From an uncultured Fibrobacteria bacterium (GTDB lineage Bacteria > Fibrobacterota > Fibrobacteria > UBA11236), in the NCBI GenBank assembly GCA_963716395.1, contig OY970309.1, positions 911,989-975,988 of the forward strand: a DNA stretch of 64,000 nt. Direction: 5' to 3'. The notes beneath the pieces were generated by a model. It was given only the letters and a program-made list of their open reading frames with translations, was not told where the DNA came from and did no database searches. Positions 49,742 to 58,936 of this stretch are shown one piece after another; within the stretch, counting starts at the first letter, position 1; every line of letters starts with the position of its first letter. The translations under genes were made by a program, and so were the position numbers.

Positions 49742-49758
49742 AGTTAACAATATTAACT
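49742..49758. promoter_or_regulatory. Perfect palindrome AGTTAA-caata-TTAACT between the ClC gene and the TAT-secreted protein gene
   Basis: Directly read. Shares ATTAACTAA with the MarR-proximal site at 46995-47029. Confidence 0.45.
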
Positions 49759-49821
49759 AAAATTTGAAAGGTTTCGGATCCGCCCCTGCCATCGGCCTTA
49801 GGATGGTACTTTATTCCCGCC

Positions 49822-50238
49822 ATGGAAACGAACCGGCCCCAGGCCAACGAAGGCGGCTTTGACCCGAGCCGGCGCGAATTTTTGGGAGTGGCGGTGGCGG
49901 CCCTGGCCGGGGCGGCGGCCGTAAGCCTTATCGGCTGCGGTACCGATTTGTCGGGCCCGGGCGGCACCGTGCCGCCGACGGGCAGCGCCCTGGGATCCGT
50001 AGGCCTTCCCGATCATCCCGGCGCCGAACACGTGGCCTTTGTCACGCCGGCCCAGATGAACGCCGGCGGCGCCGCCACCGTGCATATCCAGGGATATGCG
50101 GATCACGATCATCTCGTGGTGCTGAGCAGTTCGCAAGTCGCCATCTTACGCGGCGGAACTCGCGGTGCGGTCGCGGTTACCTCCACCCAAACCAATTCCG
50201 ACGTTTATGGTTTTCACGACCACCGCGTGTCCTTCTAA
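49822..50238 (+). CDS. Small Tat-signal secreted protein with HDH motifs
   Basis: 138 aa; twin-arginine motif SRREFLGVAVAALAGAAAVSLIGC (probable lipoprotein). Two HDH(x)V motifs (ADHDHLVV, FHDHRVSF). Confidence 0.5.
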   Translation: METNRPQANEGGFDPSRREFLGVAVAALAGAAAVSLIGCGTDLSGPGGTVPPTGSALGSVGLPDHPGAEHVAFVTPAQMNAGGAATVHIQGYADHDHLVVLSSSQVAILRGGTRGAVAVTSTQTNSDVYGFHDHRVSF

Positions 50239-50266
50239 CCTGCGAAAGACGTAACCCCTGTGAGCT

Positions 50267-50767
50267 TCAGGGTATCTCGATTTTCCATCCGGTATTTCCG
50301 AATCGATCCTGCAAAGCCTGCAAGACGGCCGGGCGCAACTGCTCGCGCCACCGGGTTTCGATTTTCATGTCCTCGTCGAGAATGCGGGGAATCACCTGGG
50401 CGAAGCGCTGCCCGCCATCCGAACCGTGGTAGTGAATGACGAATTGCAAGTCGTCCATGGTGAGATATTTATCGAAAACCGCATACAGCTGCGGGAACAA
50501 CCCGTTGTCCCCTTGCAGATGCGACGCATAAACCGACTGAATGATATTTTGCATTTCTTCGGCCGTCGAATCCGGCAGGCCTGGATTATCATTGCGGATT
50601 CTCTGCACCTCCACCGCCACGCCTGCGTCGAGAAAATCGTCGAATTTGGGCTTGAGATTCATCGCCGCCACGGCCTGTTCGATCAAATCGAGCTTGGCCG
50701 GGGGAATATCGTCGGCCCACCCGCAGGCCAGCGCCGACAAAGCCGCGGCCCAAAAAATCCGGGGCAT
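50267..50767 (-). CDS. DUF2059-like periplasmic protein
   Basis: Start MPRIFWAAALSALACG at ~50767. The helical ~160-aa remainder resembles DUF2059. Tentative. Confidence 0.45.
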   Translation of the reverse strand: MPRIFWAAALSALACGWADDIPPAKLDLIEQAVAAMNLKPKFDDFLDAGVAVEVQRIRNDNPGLPDSTAEEMQNIIQSVYASHLQGDNGLFPQLYAVFDKYLTMDDLQFVIHYHGSDGGQRFAQVIPRILDEDMKIETRWREQLRPAVLQALQDRFGNTGWKIEIP

Positions 50768-50819
50768 GGAAATACGATACACGCTCGACACGCCGCAAAG
50801 GAGGCGCCGCCCGGCGGCG

Positions 50820-51563
50820 TTACCCGGCGGCCACAGGCGCCGCGAACGGATTTTGCCTACGGCGGCGGCGGGAATGATACACGGCGATATAGGTGCTGTC
50901 GACGATGAAAGCCAGAATCCCCAGGGCATGCAGAAAATGGTTTTGCGGGTAATGCAGGATCATCATCACGGTGTTCATGCCCGTGCCCACACATTTGAGC
51001 CAGGCCACGGCCCCGGAAAATCCTTCCACCCCGGAGCTGCCGAGCAGCAGCAGAATGCAGGAAGAAGACAGCAATAACTGACACAGGTAGGCCGAATTGG
51101 CCCCGATGGACGTGTCCATGCCTTGGCGCACGAACAGGTAATAGAGAACGCCGAAACCCACCGTGGTGGCCGCCGCCACGGGCTTGAAATGGGCGCGTAG
51201 CGCCGGCTGGTAGATTTGCTTGGGCCCCCACTTCAGCAATTGCCAGAAGATGAAGATGTCGAGGAAGAACCAGGCGCGATAGGTCCACACCAGAAAAAAA
51301 CCCATGTCGGTGTGAAAGGGCCACGACCAGGTGAACTCCCAGGCAAAATTGCTGCACACGGCCACGGCCGCCATTTCCATATATTGCCGCTTCAGGGAAT
51401 TGCGGATGAGAATGGCGTAGGCGGCCACCCACAACAGGCAACCTCCGGCGAAAAGGAAGAGTTGGAAAGGCGTATAAAGCACGCAATGAACGTCGATGAG
51501 ATTCAGAAAATGCGCCGGGTCGTTGACCAGGCCCGGGTGATCGGGGCAAACGACGATGTTCAT
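50820..51563 (-). CDS. Hypothetical polytopic membrane protein
   Basis: 247 aa from MNIVVCPDHPGL...; ~7 hydrophobic segments rich in W/F. The ORF-track N-terminal 330 aa is a GC-rich shadow extension. Confidence 0.5.
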   Translation of the reverse strand: MNIVVCPDHPGLVNDPAHFLNLIDVHCVLYTPFQLFLFAGGCLLWVAAYAILIRNSLKRQYMEMAAVAVCSNFAWEFTWSWPFHTDMGFFLVWTYRAWFFLDIFIFWQLLKWGPKQIYQPALRAHFKPVAAATTVGFGVLYYLFVRQGMDTSIGANSAYLCQLLLSSSCILLLLGSSGVEGFSGAVAWLKCVGTGMNTVMMILHYPQNHFLHALGILAFIVDSTYIAVYHSRRRRRQNPFAAPVAAG

Positions 51564-51580
51564 TTCATCCCCGCCACGCC

Positions 51581-52654
51581 TTAGCCCTTGACGCCGTTCG
51601 GAATGTGGAAAGGTTGCGAATGCCCGTCGTTCCAGTAGCGCTGCAACCCCTCCATCAATTTGATGCTGATGTCGCGGCCGGCCCGGCTGAGCGCCGGGAA
51701 CAGCCAAAACCCCACGCGCTCCAATTTCAGGAGATCGCGCAGAAAAAACACGAAGGTCAACGGCGGCGAAGCCTGGGGAACGTCGAGGAGGTTGGAAATC
51801 CGGTGCCCCATGAGGTAGCGCACCAGAACCGGAATGCCGCGATCGAGCAGGCCGCCCGGCAGCAACTGTTCCAGAAATTTCACATGATCGTCCATCAGCC
51901 GCACCCCGTCGTCGGTGCGGAAAAAGTTGCGGCGTTCGAGCACCGCCCACAATTCCCGGGCTTCGGCCAGGGAGCGTGGCATCAGAGCCTCGTCCAACCC
52001 GAGTACATGGCCGATGACTTTCCAGGCATGCAAATACGCATCGACTTCGGCAGGGGAAAGTCGCACCCCCAAGGCCGTAACGCCGTCCAGGGTCAGGACA
52101 GAGAAGGCGAGCAAGGTGCCGGCCAACTCTTCCTGGTTGATGGGCCGGCCCCAATCCCGGTGGGCATTCCACTCCGGCGTGGCGCCGGCATAACCGCGAA
52201 TCGATGCGTGCAAAAGGCGTACGCGCAAGGCGGTGTGCAAGCCGCGCCCGCCGGGTCCGAGCCCCCCCGGCTCCATCACGTCGAGGATGAAGCGCAGGGT
52301 TTCGGAAGCGCGCTGCCGGTAATGATGCGTCAGCTTGCCGGTCATGGTCAAAACCTGCGCGCCCCCCCGGCCGCCCGCGTAAAGAACCGGCAGCGATTTG
52401 AACAACATCACCACCCCGAACACCGGGCCATGCAAGCTGAACAGGTTTTGCGCCTGCCGGATGCGCGCGGCATCGGCCCAGGCCGGCAACTGTGCGTTTT
52501 GTTCGAGAAAGGCGCGCAGCTTCGGAGGCGCACCGGCAAAGGCGTCGCCGCACCCTTGAATTTTTCCCAGCACCGCATTGAGCTCTCCGACCCGGCCCGC
52601 GCGGATGAAATCTTCGGCGACGGCGTCAGCGGCGGCATCGCCTTGGAGACGCAT
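51581..52654 (-). CDS. DUF2236 / MpaB-family (ER-bound-oxygenase-like) protein
   Basis: Pattern …HYRQRASETLRFILDVMEPGGLGPGGRGLHTALRVRLLHASIRGY…WGRPINQEELAGTLLAFS… as in DUF2236. Start near MRLQGDAAAD at ~52654. Confidence 0.55.
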   Translation of the reverse strand: MRLQGDAAADAVAEDFIRAGRVGELNAVLGKIQGCGDAFAGAPPKLRAFLEQNAQLPAWADAARIRQAQNLFSLHGPVFGVVMLFKSLPVLYAGGRGGAQVLTMTGKLTHHYRQRASETLRFILDVMEPGGLGPGGRGLHTALRVRLLHASIRGYAGATPEWNAHRDWGRPINQEELAGTLLAFSVLTLDGVTALGVRLSPAEVDAYLHAWKVIGHVLGLDEALMPRSLAEARELWAVLERRNFFRTDDGVRLMDDHVKFLEQLLPGGLLDRGIPVLVRYLMGHRISNLLDVPQASPPLTFVFFLRDLLKLERVGFWLFPALSRAGRDISIKLMEGLQRYWNDGHSQPFHIPNGVKG

Positions 52655-52898
52655 GCGATCGAGGAGAGTGGTTTCCCAGGAACCGTTTGCCAATTTTCTC
52701 TCCCCAAAAAAGAAGATGGCATGATTATAGAGTCGACGCGTTGTAATAGCAATGCATCCGCCCCGCCCTCCATTTCCGCCGAATCTGCATTTTCCACGCC
52801 TGGCATTTCCAAATCTTGTCAATGTCTTGATCGGCGACCGGCGGCTTGGTACCCTTTTGCTTCATCATGATCCCCTCCGCCAGGGCCCAAGCCCATCC

Positions 52899-54392
52899 AT
52901 GACATCGGCTTCCGCGATGCCGCCGTTTTCCGACCCGCCCCGCAATCCGGACGGAGATCGCGAACCCGCTTCCCTGGATCGTCCGAGGTGGCGGCGGCTG
53001 CCGGGGACGAAGCTACTGACTCGCATTTGCGATCTGGGAGTTCATTCCGGACTCGACGAGAACCTGGCTCGTAACACGCGCGTGACCAACCTGGCCGCGG
53101 TCACGCTCGGCGCCCTGGTATTCCCCTACCTCTTCCTGCTTTACGCCCTGCATGAGCGGCTGGCGGCGGACTTCGTGCCGGTGCTGATGCTGGCCTACGT
53201 CCTATCCGTCACCTGCAATTTTCTCCGCTATTACGATGCCGCGCGTTTTTGCCTGCTGGGGTCGGTCAATATCGCCGTATTCGTATATACGGCGCTCCTA
53301 GGCAAAGCCACCGGCATCGAATACGCCTTTTTCTTCACTTTGATCAGCCCTTTCATGCTCTTTCACATCAGCGAGATGCGCAAAATCATGGTGTGCATGG
53401 CTCTGCCGGTTGCGCTATGGACGTTGCTCCAAGGCCCTTTCGGGCTCGGCGACACCAGCCCGTTTTCGCCTGCCTCCCTTCATCTCTTCTACTTGTGCAT
53501 TACCGCCACCGTGGCCGTCATGCTCTCGGGCTGCACCCTGCTCATCTATTTGTCGCATCAGCGTTCCTTGCTGCTCCTGCGCGCGGCCAAAGAACGCGCC
53601 GAAGCCTCATCCCAGGCCAAAGGGGAATTTTTGGCCACCATGAGCCATGAGATTCGCACGCCCATGAACGGGATTTTGGGCGCCGTGCAGTTGTTGCGGA
53701 ATTCCTCGCTGCCACCGGAACAGTTGCGTTACATGGATATGGCGGAGGTGAGCGGCAATCTCCTGCTGGCCATCATCAAGGACATCCTCGACTTCTCCAA
53801 AATCGAATCCGGCCGGATGGAATTGGAACAGGTCGCCTTCAATCTGCCCGCCGTCCTCAACGAAACCGCCGAGCTTCTGCGGCCCGAAGCCGAACGCAAC
53901 GGCCTGACCTTGAGCCTGCAACTCGATAACCGGCTTCCGGCCGAAGTGCGCGGCGACCCCACCCGCTTGCGGCAGGTGCTGCTGAACCTCACTTCCAACG
54001 CGGTGAAATTCACCCGGCAGGGCGGGGTCACCTTAATCGGCGGCATTCGCGCCGAAACCGGGGATCAGGTCGAGGTGGCGCTCGAAGTGCGCGACACGGG
54101 TATCGGCATCGAGTCCGAAAAAATGGGCCGCCTGTTTCAACCTTTTTCCCAACTCGACGCTTCGACCACACGGAAATTCGGAGGCACCGGATTGGGGCTG
54201 GCGATTGCGGGACGTCTGGCCGCCCTCATGCACGGCAGCATCGAAGTGCGCAGCCGGCCCGGACATGGCAGCGCCTTCACCTTTACGGCGTGGCTGGAAA
54301 AAAAGGTTTCGGATCGCGGCGATTCCCCGGGGGAGCGCTTCAACCCCAATACTGAATCGCCAGAATCAGGGCCACTACCAAAGCAACAATAA
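52899..54392 (+). CDS. Sensor histidine kinase with N-terminal multi-TM sensor region (no receiver domain)
   Basis: ~5 TM segments; HisKA H-box ([18 protein letters not shown]); HATPase_c N, G1 and G2 boxes ([24 protein letters not shown]). Confidence 0.8.
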   Translation: MTSASAMPPFSDPPRNPDGDREPASLDRPRWRRLPGTKLLTRICDLGVHSGLDENLARNTRVTNLAAVTLGALVFPYLFLLYALHERLAADFVPVLMLAYVLSVTCNFLRYYDAARFCLLGSVNIAVFVYTALLGKATGIEYAFFFTLISPFMLFHISEMRKIMVCMALPVALWTLLQGPFGLGDTSPFSPASLHLFYLCITATVAVMLSGCTLLIYLSHQRSLLLLRAAKERAEASSQAKGEFLATMSHEIRTPMNGILGAVQLLRNSSLPPEQLRYMDMAEVSGNLLLAIIKDILDFSKIESGRMELEQVAFNLPAVLNETAELLRPEAERNGLTLSLQLDNRLPAEVRGDPTRLRQVLLNLTSNAVKFTRQGGVTLIGGIRAETGDQVEVALEVRDTGIGIESEKMGRLFQPFSQLDASTTRKFGGTGLGLAIAGRLAALMHGSIEVRSRPGHGSAFTFTAWLEKKVSDRGDSPGERFNPNTESPESGPLPKQQ

Positions 54393-54843
54393 TGAGCTGC
54401 GGGACCAGTTCGGCCCTGCCTTCCGCCCCGCGGCCACGGTGGTCCTTGCGGCGCGCCGACGGCGGCACAATGTCTCGCTCCGCAAACATCACCCCGATGG
54501 CATTTTTTTCCACGCAAAACTTGGCATAATCATCGACGTCGCGATTTTTTTCCACCGTGGCGAGCAGAAAGATCGTGTCGCCTGCGGCGCGTAAAAAGGT
54601 GAGCTGACGCACCGGATGCCCACCGGCGAGGAAGCGATTATACACGACCGAGTCATGGCCATGGTCTTTTTCCGTCGCGCTCCGTTCCAGGGTGGAATAC
54701 AGCGCGGTCGAATCGCAGTTCGACAGGCGGGTGCCGGGCGCGTTCAGAAATACCGGTTGATACGGTCCGAGGCTGTCGGGGTTGACCGGAACCAGATGGG
54801 TTCCGGCGGCCAGGGCGAGCAACGCAAAAGCCGCGGCAAACAT
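54340..54843 (-). CDS. Hypothetical secreted / C-terminally anchored protein
   Basis: 167 aa; signal peptide [14 protein letters not shown]; C-terminal [19 protein letters not shown]. No known motifs. Confidence 0.35.
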   Translation of the reverse strand: MFAAAFALLALAAGTHLVPVNPDSLGPYQPVFLNAPGTRLSNCDSTALYSTLERSATEKDHGHDSVVYNRFLAGGHPVRQLTFLRAAGDTIFLLATVEKNRDVDDYAKFCVEKNAIGVMFAERDIVPPSARRKDHRGRGAEGRAELVPQLIIVALVVALILAIQYWG

Positions 54844-54950
54844 GGGGATTCCCTTTCACCCGGAACCGGAGACCCGGGCGGGTAGAATAATAATGCGTGG
54901 GGGAGCGAGGCGGGAAACGGCCTGCTCATGGCCGGCTAAAAGGCCTGTGG

Positions 54951-56906
54951 TTACGCGGCGACGGTTCCGGCCAGGGCGGTTTGCTTGAGCACCCGGTAGC
55001 GTTCGGTGAAGGCGGGCGCCAACAGGGATTCGCGGTGATCGAACCCGAAGGCGCGCGAACTGACCGCCAGCAGCGGCGGGGCCTGCACGCGCTTGGCCAC
55101 GCCCAGGCCGTTGTACAGATTCCACCAGCGCTCCAAGTCGTCGAGAAAGGCTTGCGGGGTGGGAAAAAGTTTTGCGAGATCGAGGTCGGCGGGCAAATCC
55201 AGGTTTTGCGCCAAGCTGCCGGCCAAATACCATTCCAGGATTTCCTCGGGCGAAGCGCGGTTCCAGCGCTGTACGAAGGCGAAGAACAGGCGATCGTGAT
55301 AGGGATAGATCAGCGGATCGCCGCGGCCCGCATCGACGTCCTGCTCCGCGCTCAACTCCGCCGAGGGAGTAACAGAGAAGATGCCCTCGGGAATGACGCC
55401 GCGCCGGTAGATTTCGGCGTTGAGATGGCGACCCAGGGCATACACGTCCCTTTTCCACAAATCGCCCAGCACGGCCAGATAGCCGCCGAGATCGCCGTAC
55501 AGGGTGCCGTAGCCCACGGTCAGTTCAGCCTTGTTGGTGTTGCAGGAAAAAACGCCGCCGAAGGCCGCCGCCGCCGCGGCCAAAATCCGGCTGCCGCGGT
55601 CGCGCGCCTGTACGTTTTCAGCCGCCAGTCCCTCCAACTCCAAACGCACGCGGGCGCCGTCGGCCGCAACCGCCTCCAGGCCGTGCACCTGCCGCTGCGT
55701 AAGCGCAAAACCCTCTTCGATGGAAACCTCGGCGAACAGGCATCCCAGATTTTGCGCTAGTTCCCGCGCCAAAGATCGCGTGGTGGCGCTGTTGAAACGG
55801 CTCGGCAAATTGAGCAGCAGCAATTCCTCCGGTCCGAGAAACTCGCGGTACAGGGCCGCCGCCACGGCGCTGTCGATGCCGCCGGAAATGCCCACCACCA
55901 CCTTGCGCCGGCCGGTGGAGGCGAGAAAGGTTTCGGCGCCGTAGCGCAGAGCGCCGTGCATTTCGGCGAGGGAAAAAGGCGCGGCGGGAGGCGGCGCCGA
56001 CGGCGGCAACGCGGCGGGCAGGGGCCGGCCCTGTTCGAGTTCGACCACGGCCACGCCTTCGGCAAAGGCCTCCATTTCAGCCAGCATCGCGCCGTCGCCG
56101 CCGTACACGGTGCTGCAGCCGTCAAAGGTGAACAAAGTCTTGGCATTGTTTTGCAGGCCGACGCAGTTGACGTAAACAAGCGGCGCGCCCAGCAATTTGG
56201 CCTTGGCCCCGAACACGCGGTGGCGCTTATCGTTCTTGCCGCGCGTAAAGGGCGAGGCGCTCAGGTTGAGCACGAAGTCGGGGCGTTTGCGCGCCAGCAC
56301 CTCCATGGGCTTTTGCGCGTAATCGTCTTCCCAGGCATCTTCGCACAGCACCACCCCGAAGCGAAAGCGCCCGCCGCCCAGCTCAAAGGCCACGGGTTCG
56401 AGGTAATCGCTGAAAGGGCGGCCCGCTTCCTGCGCCAGCTTGCGGGTATCATAGAAGTGACGGGCCTCCTCGAACTCGCGGTAATTGGGCGACAGGGTTT
56501 TGACGCCGAAGGGCTTGCCCAGCGCGGGATGCTCCCAGGCTTTGCCGCCCGCGGCCGCCACGAAGGCGTTGAACTTGCGCGGGCGGCCGTCTTCGCCTTT
56601 GGCGTTCCAGTCTACGGCCACGGTACCGAATACCGCGGCCGGTCCGTGGGCGGTGGCTTCGGCGATGCGCTGCGACCAGGTTTCGCACTCGCGCAGAAAC
56701 GCCGGCCGTTCCCACAGGTCTCCCACGAAATAGCCGGGCAGGCACATTTCGGGAAAGACCAGCAGGTCGACGCGCCCCCGGTGTTCCTCCAGCCGCCGCA
56801 GTAAGGCTTCGGCGTTGCGCGCCGGTTCGCCCGGATAGACGCGCATTTGGCACAAGCCCACGCGCACGCGGGCGCGCGAAGCGGGCGCAACCTTGGGCTC
56901 GGCCAT
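54951..56906 (-). CDS. nadE: Glutamine-dependent NAD+ synthetase (CN-hydrolase + NAD-synthase domains)
   Basis: Start MAEPKVAPAS at ~56906. N-terminal nitrilase-like domain (LVFPEMCLPGY). PP-loop SGGIDSAV in the synthetase domain. Confidence 0.9.
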   Translation of the reverse strand: MAEPKVAPASRARVRVGLCQMRVYPGEPARNAEALLRRLEEHRGRVDLLVFPEMCLPGYFVGDLWERPAFLRECETWSQRIAEATAHGPAAVFGTVAVDWNAKGEDGRPRKFNAFVAAAGGKAWEHPALGKPFGVKTLSPNYREFEEARHFYDTRKLAQEAGRPFSDYLEPVAFELGGGRFRFGVVLCEDAWEDDYAQKPMEVLARKRPDFVLNLSASPFTRGKNDKRHRVFGAKAKLLGAPLVYVNCVGLQNNAKTLFTFDGCSTVYGGDGAMLAEMEAFAEGVAVVELEQGRPLPAALPPSAPPPAAPFSLAEMHGALRYGAETFLASTGRRKVVVGISGGIDSAVAAALYREFLGPEELLLLNLPSRFNSATTRSLARELAQNLGCLFAEVSIEEGFALTQRQVHGLEAVAADGARVRLELEGLAAENVQARDRGSRILAAAAAAFGGVFSCNTNKAELTVGYGTLYGDLGGYLAVLGDLWKRDVYALGRHLNAEIYRRGVIPEGIFSVTPSAELSAEQDVDAGRGDPLIYPYHDRLFFAFVQRWNRASPEEILEWYLAGSLAQNLDLPADLDLAKLFPTPQAFLDDLERWWNLYNGLGVAKRVQAPPLLAVSSRAFGFDHRESLLAPAFTERYRVLKQTALAGTVAA

Positions 56907-56911
56907 CGCGA

Positions 56912-57400
56912 TTACCGTTTGCCCAACTGGGTTTGCAGCGCCAGCCGGTGATCGCGGCGGATGCCGGCCTGCGCGAAGCGCCGTCGCTCGGTTTCGGTTT
57001 CCGGAACGACGGGCGCGATGGTCGTGGGTTTGCCCGCGGGATCGAGGGCGACAAAGGTGAAATAGGCCGAACACACATGCTCCGACCCGGTTCCCCCGGG
57101 CGGCAGCGATTCGGCCACCACGCCCACTTCCAACGAGTGTTGGAAGACGCGGTTGACGCTGGCATACACGGTGACAATGGCGCCGGAACGCACCGGTTTG
57201 CGGAACACCAGCTGATCGATGGAAAGCGTCACCACCGGGCCTTGCACGTGTTTCATGGCGCTGATGGCCGCCACCTTGTCGAGAATGCTCACCAGTCGGC
57301 CGCCAAAGAGATGCCCCAGCGAATTGAGATCGGACTGGAGAATGATTTCCGATGACTCGGTGCGCGTTTGCGCCACGGTGCGCCCGGTTGCGGATTCCAT
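56912..57400 (-). CDS. Acyl-CoA thioesterase (hotdog fold, YciA/Acot-like)
   Basis: 162-aa C-terminal part of ORF 56912..58318, starting MESATGRTVAQ... and containing GHLFGGRLVSILDKVAAISAM. The N-terminal 300 aa of the ORF-track entry is shadow. Confidence 0.7.
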   Translation of the reverse strand: MESATGRTVAQTRTESSEIILQSDLNSLGHLFGGRLVSILDKVAAISAMKHVQGPVVTLSIDQLVFRKPVRSGAIVTVYASVNRVFQHSLEVGVVAESLPPGGTGSEHVCSAYFTFVALDPAGKPTTIAPVVPETETERRRFAQAGIRRDHRLALQTQLGKR

Positions 57401-57442
57401 ATTTTGGAAAAGGTAAACTCCGACGAATTTTAAATTGGTCAC

Positions 57443-58936
57443 GTGCGCGGTCTTTGGATTTTCATCACGGCCTGGGCGGGGATTTCGGCTTTGCACGCCG
57501 CGACTCCCGATTCCACCCATGCCGTCCGTGCCCAAACGCCGCCCAAAGCGGCGGCCGGCCACGCCTGGCTCAATCCGCCCGCCCATTCGCAATGGGGTTA
57601 CGTGTTGCTCGACGTGCGCAGCGGCCGCACCTTGGCCGAAAAAGGCAGCCGCCGCCTCTTGACTCCGGCGTCGGTGGCCAAGCTGGCCGTGACCGGATTC
57701 GCTCTGGACCGCTTCGGTGCGGCGCGCCGCTGGCCCACCTATTTGTATCGCACCGGCCGCCTCGAAGACGGGGTGCTGCACGGCGATCTGTGGATTCGCG
57801 GCACCGGCAATCCGGCCCTGGGCTCGGAACGCGGCGATTCTTCGCAGCGCATCGATTCGGTGTTCGGGTTGTTCGCCGCGGCCTTGGAAAAGGCGGGCAT
57901 CCGCGCGGTGCAGGGCCAAGTGCGGGGCGACGCTTCGGCCTTGCCCGAAACCGGTCCCGACCCCGGAGACTTGTGGGAAGATGTGGGGAACTACTACGGC
58001 GCGGCCCCTTCGGGCCTGTGCTTTCACGACAATACCTACACGTTGAAGCTGGATGGCTCCGCGGAAAAAGACCATGCCCTCGCCGAAGTCGGGGTCTATC
58101 CGGAGCACATCGGGGTGTCGCACTTTCAAATCCGCGCGCAGACCTCGGCGCCGTACAGCCCCGATTCCTGCAATATCCTGGGCGCGTTCTGGAACACGCC
58201 GCGGCTGGTGGTCGGCACCTGCCCCGCAGGGCGGCAACCGCTGGAAATCAAGGGCAGTCTGCCCGATCCCGCCTGGACCTGCGCGCGCGACTTCGAAGAT
58301 TTTCTGCGCCTCCATCACATCGCGGTGACGGGTCCCGGACCCGACGGCGGGCGCGGCCCCGATCCCCTGGCCGAAACGCTCGTGTTACCTGCGGACACGG
58401 TGCTCCTGGCGACGCAGTTCTCCCCTTCTCTGTTGGATCTTCTCGCCATTCTCCACGGCTACAGCGACAACCTGTATGCGGCGCAATTGCTGGCCCTGGC
58501 CGGCGGCGGCGCGACCCGCGCCGAAAACCTGCGCGCCCTTAACGGCTGGCTCGACCGGATGGCGCCGGGAATCACGCGGGAGCTGCGTCTCACCGACGGC
58601 AATGGACTTTCGCGCCGCGACGCCGTGACGCCCGCGGCCCTGGCGCAATTGCTGCGGGCCTATGCACGCCAGCCCTGGTTTCCGGACTGGCGCGAAACGT
58701 TGCTGGGCGGAAAACTGTGCGCGCTGCGGCCCGCGGAATACGCCGACGGGCTCAACGGCCGGCTGTGGTCGAAAACCGGCAGCATGGGCGGCGTGGCCTC
58801 GCTGGCCGGATACTTGCAGACGCGATCCGGCCGGCTGCTGGCCTTCGCCATCCTGGTCAACCATTTCGACGAATCCCCTGCGTCGGTGCGCGCCCGTTGG
58901 GGTGGGCTGCTGCGCGCTTGGAGCGAACGTCGTTGA
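57443..58936 (+). CDS. dacB: D-alanyl-D-alanine carboxypeptidase/endopeptidase (PBP4, peptidase S13)
   Basis: 497 aa; signal peptide; SxxK motif PASVAKL; C-terminus LAGYLQTRSGRLLAFAILVNH typical of PBP4. Confidence 0.85.
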   Translation: MRGLWIFITAWAGISALHAATPDSTHAVRAQTPPKAAAGHAWLNPPAHSQWGYVLLDVRSGRTLAEKGSRRLLTPASVAKLAVTGFALDRFGAARRWPTYLYRTGRLEDGVLHGDLWIRGTGNPALGSERGDSSQRIDSVFGLFAAALEKAGIRAVQGQVRGDASALPETGPDPGDLWEDVGNYYGAAPSGLCFHDNTYTLKLDGSAEKDHALAEVGVYPEHIGVSHFQIRAQTSAPYSPDSCNILGAFWNTPRLVVGTCPAGRQPLEIKGSLPDPAWTCARDFEDFLRLHHIAVTGPGPDGGRGPDPLAETLVLPADTVLLATQFSPSLLDLLAILHGYSDNLYAAQLLALAGGGATRAENLRALNGWLDRMAPGITRELRLTDGNGLSRRDAVTPAALAQLLRAYARQPWFPDWRETLLGGKLCALRPAEYADGLNGRLWSKTGSMGGVASLAGYLQTRSGRLLAFAILVNHFDESPASVRARWGGLLRAWSERR

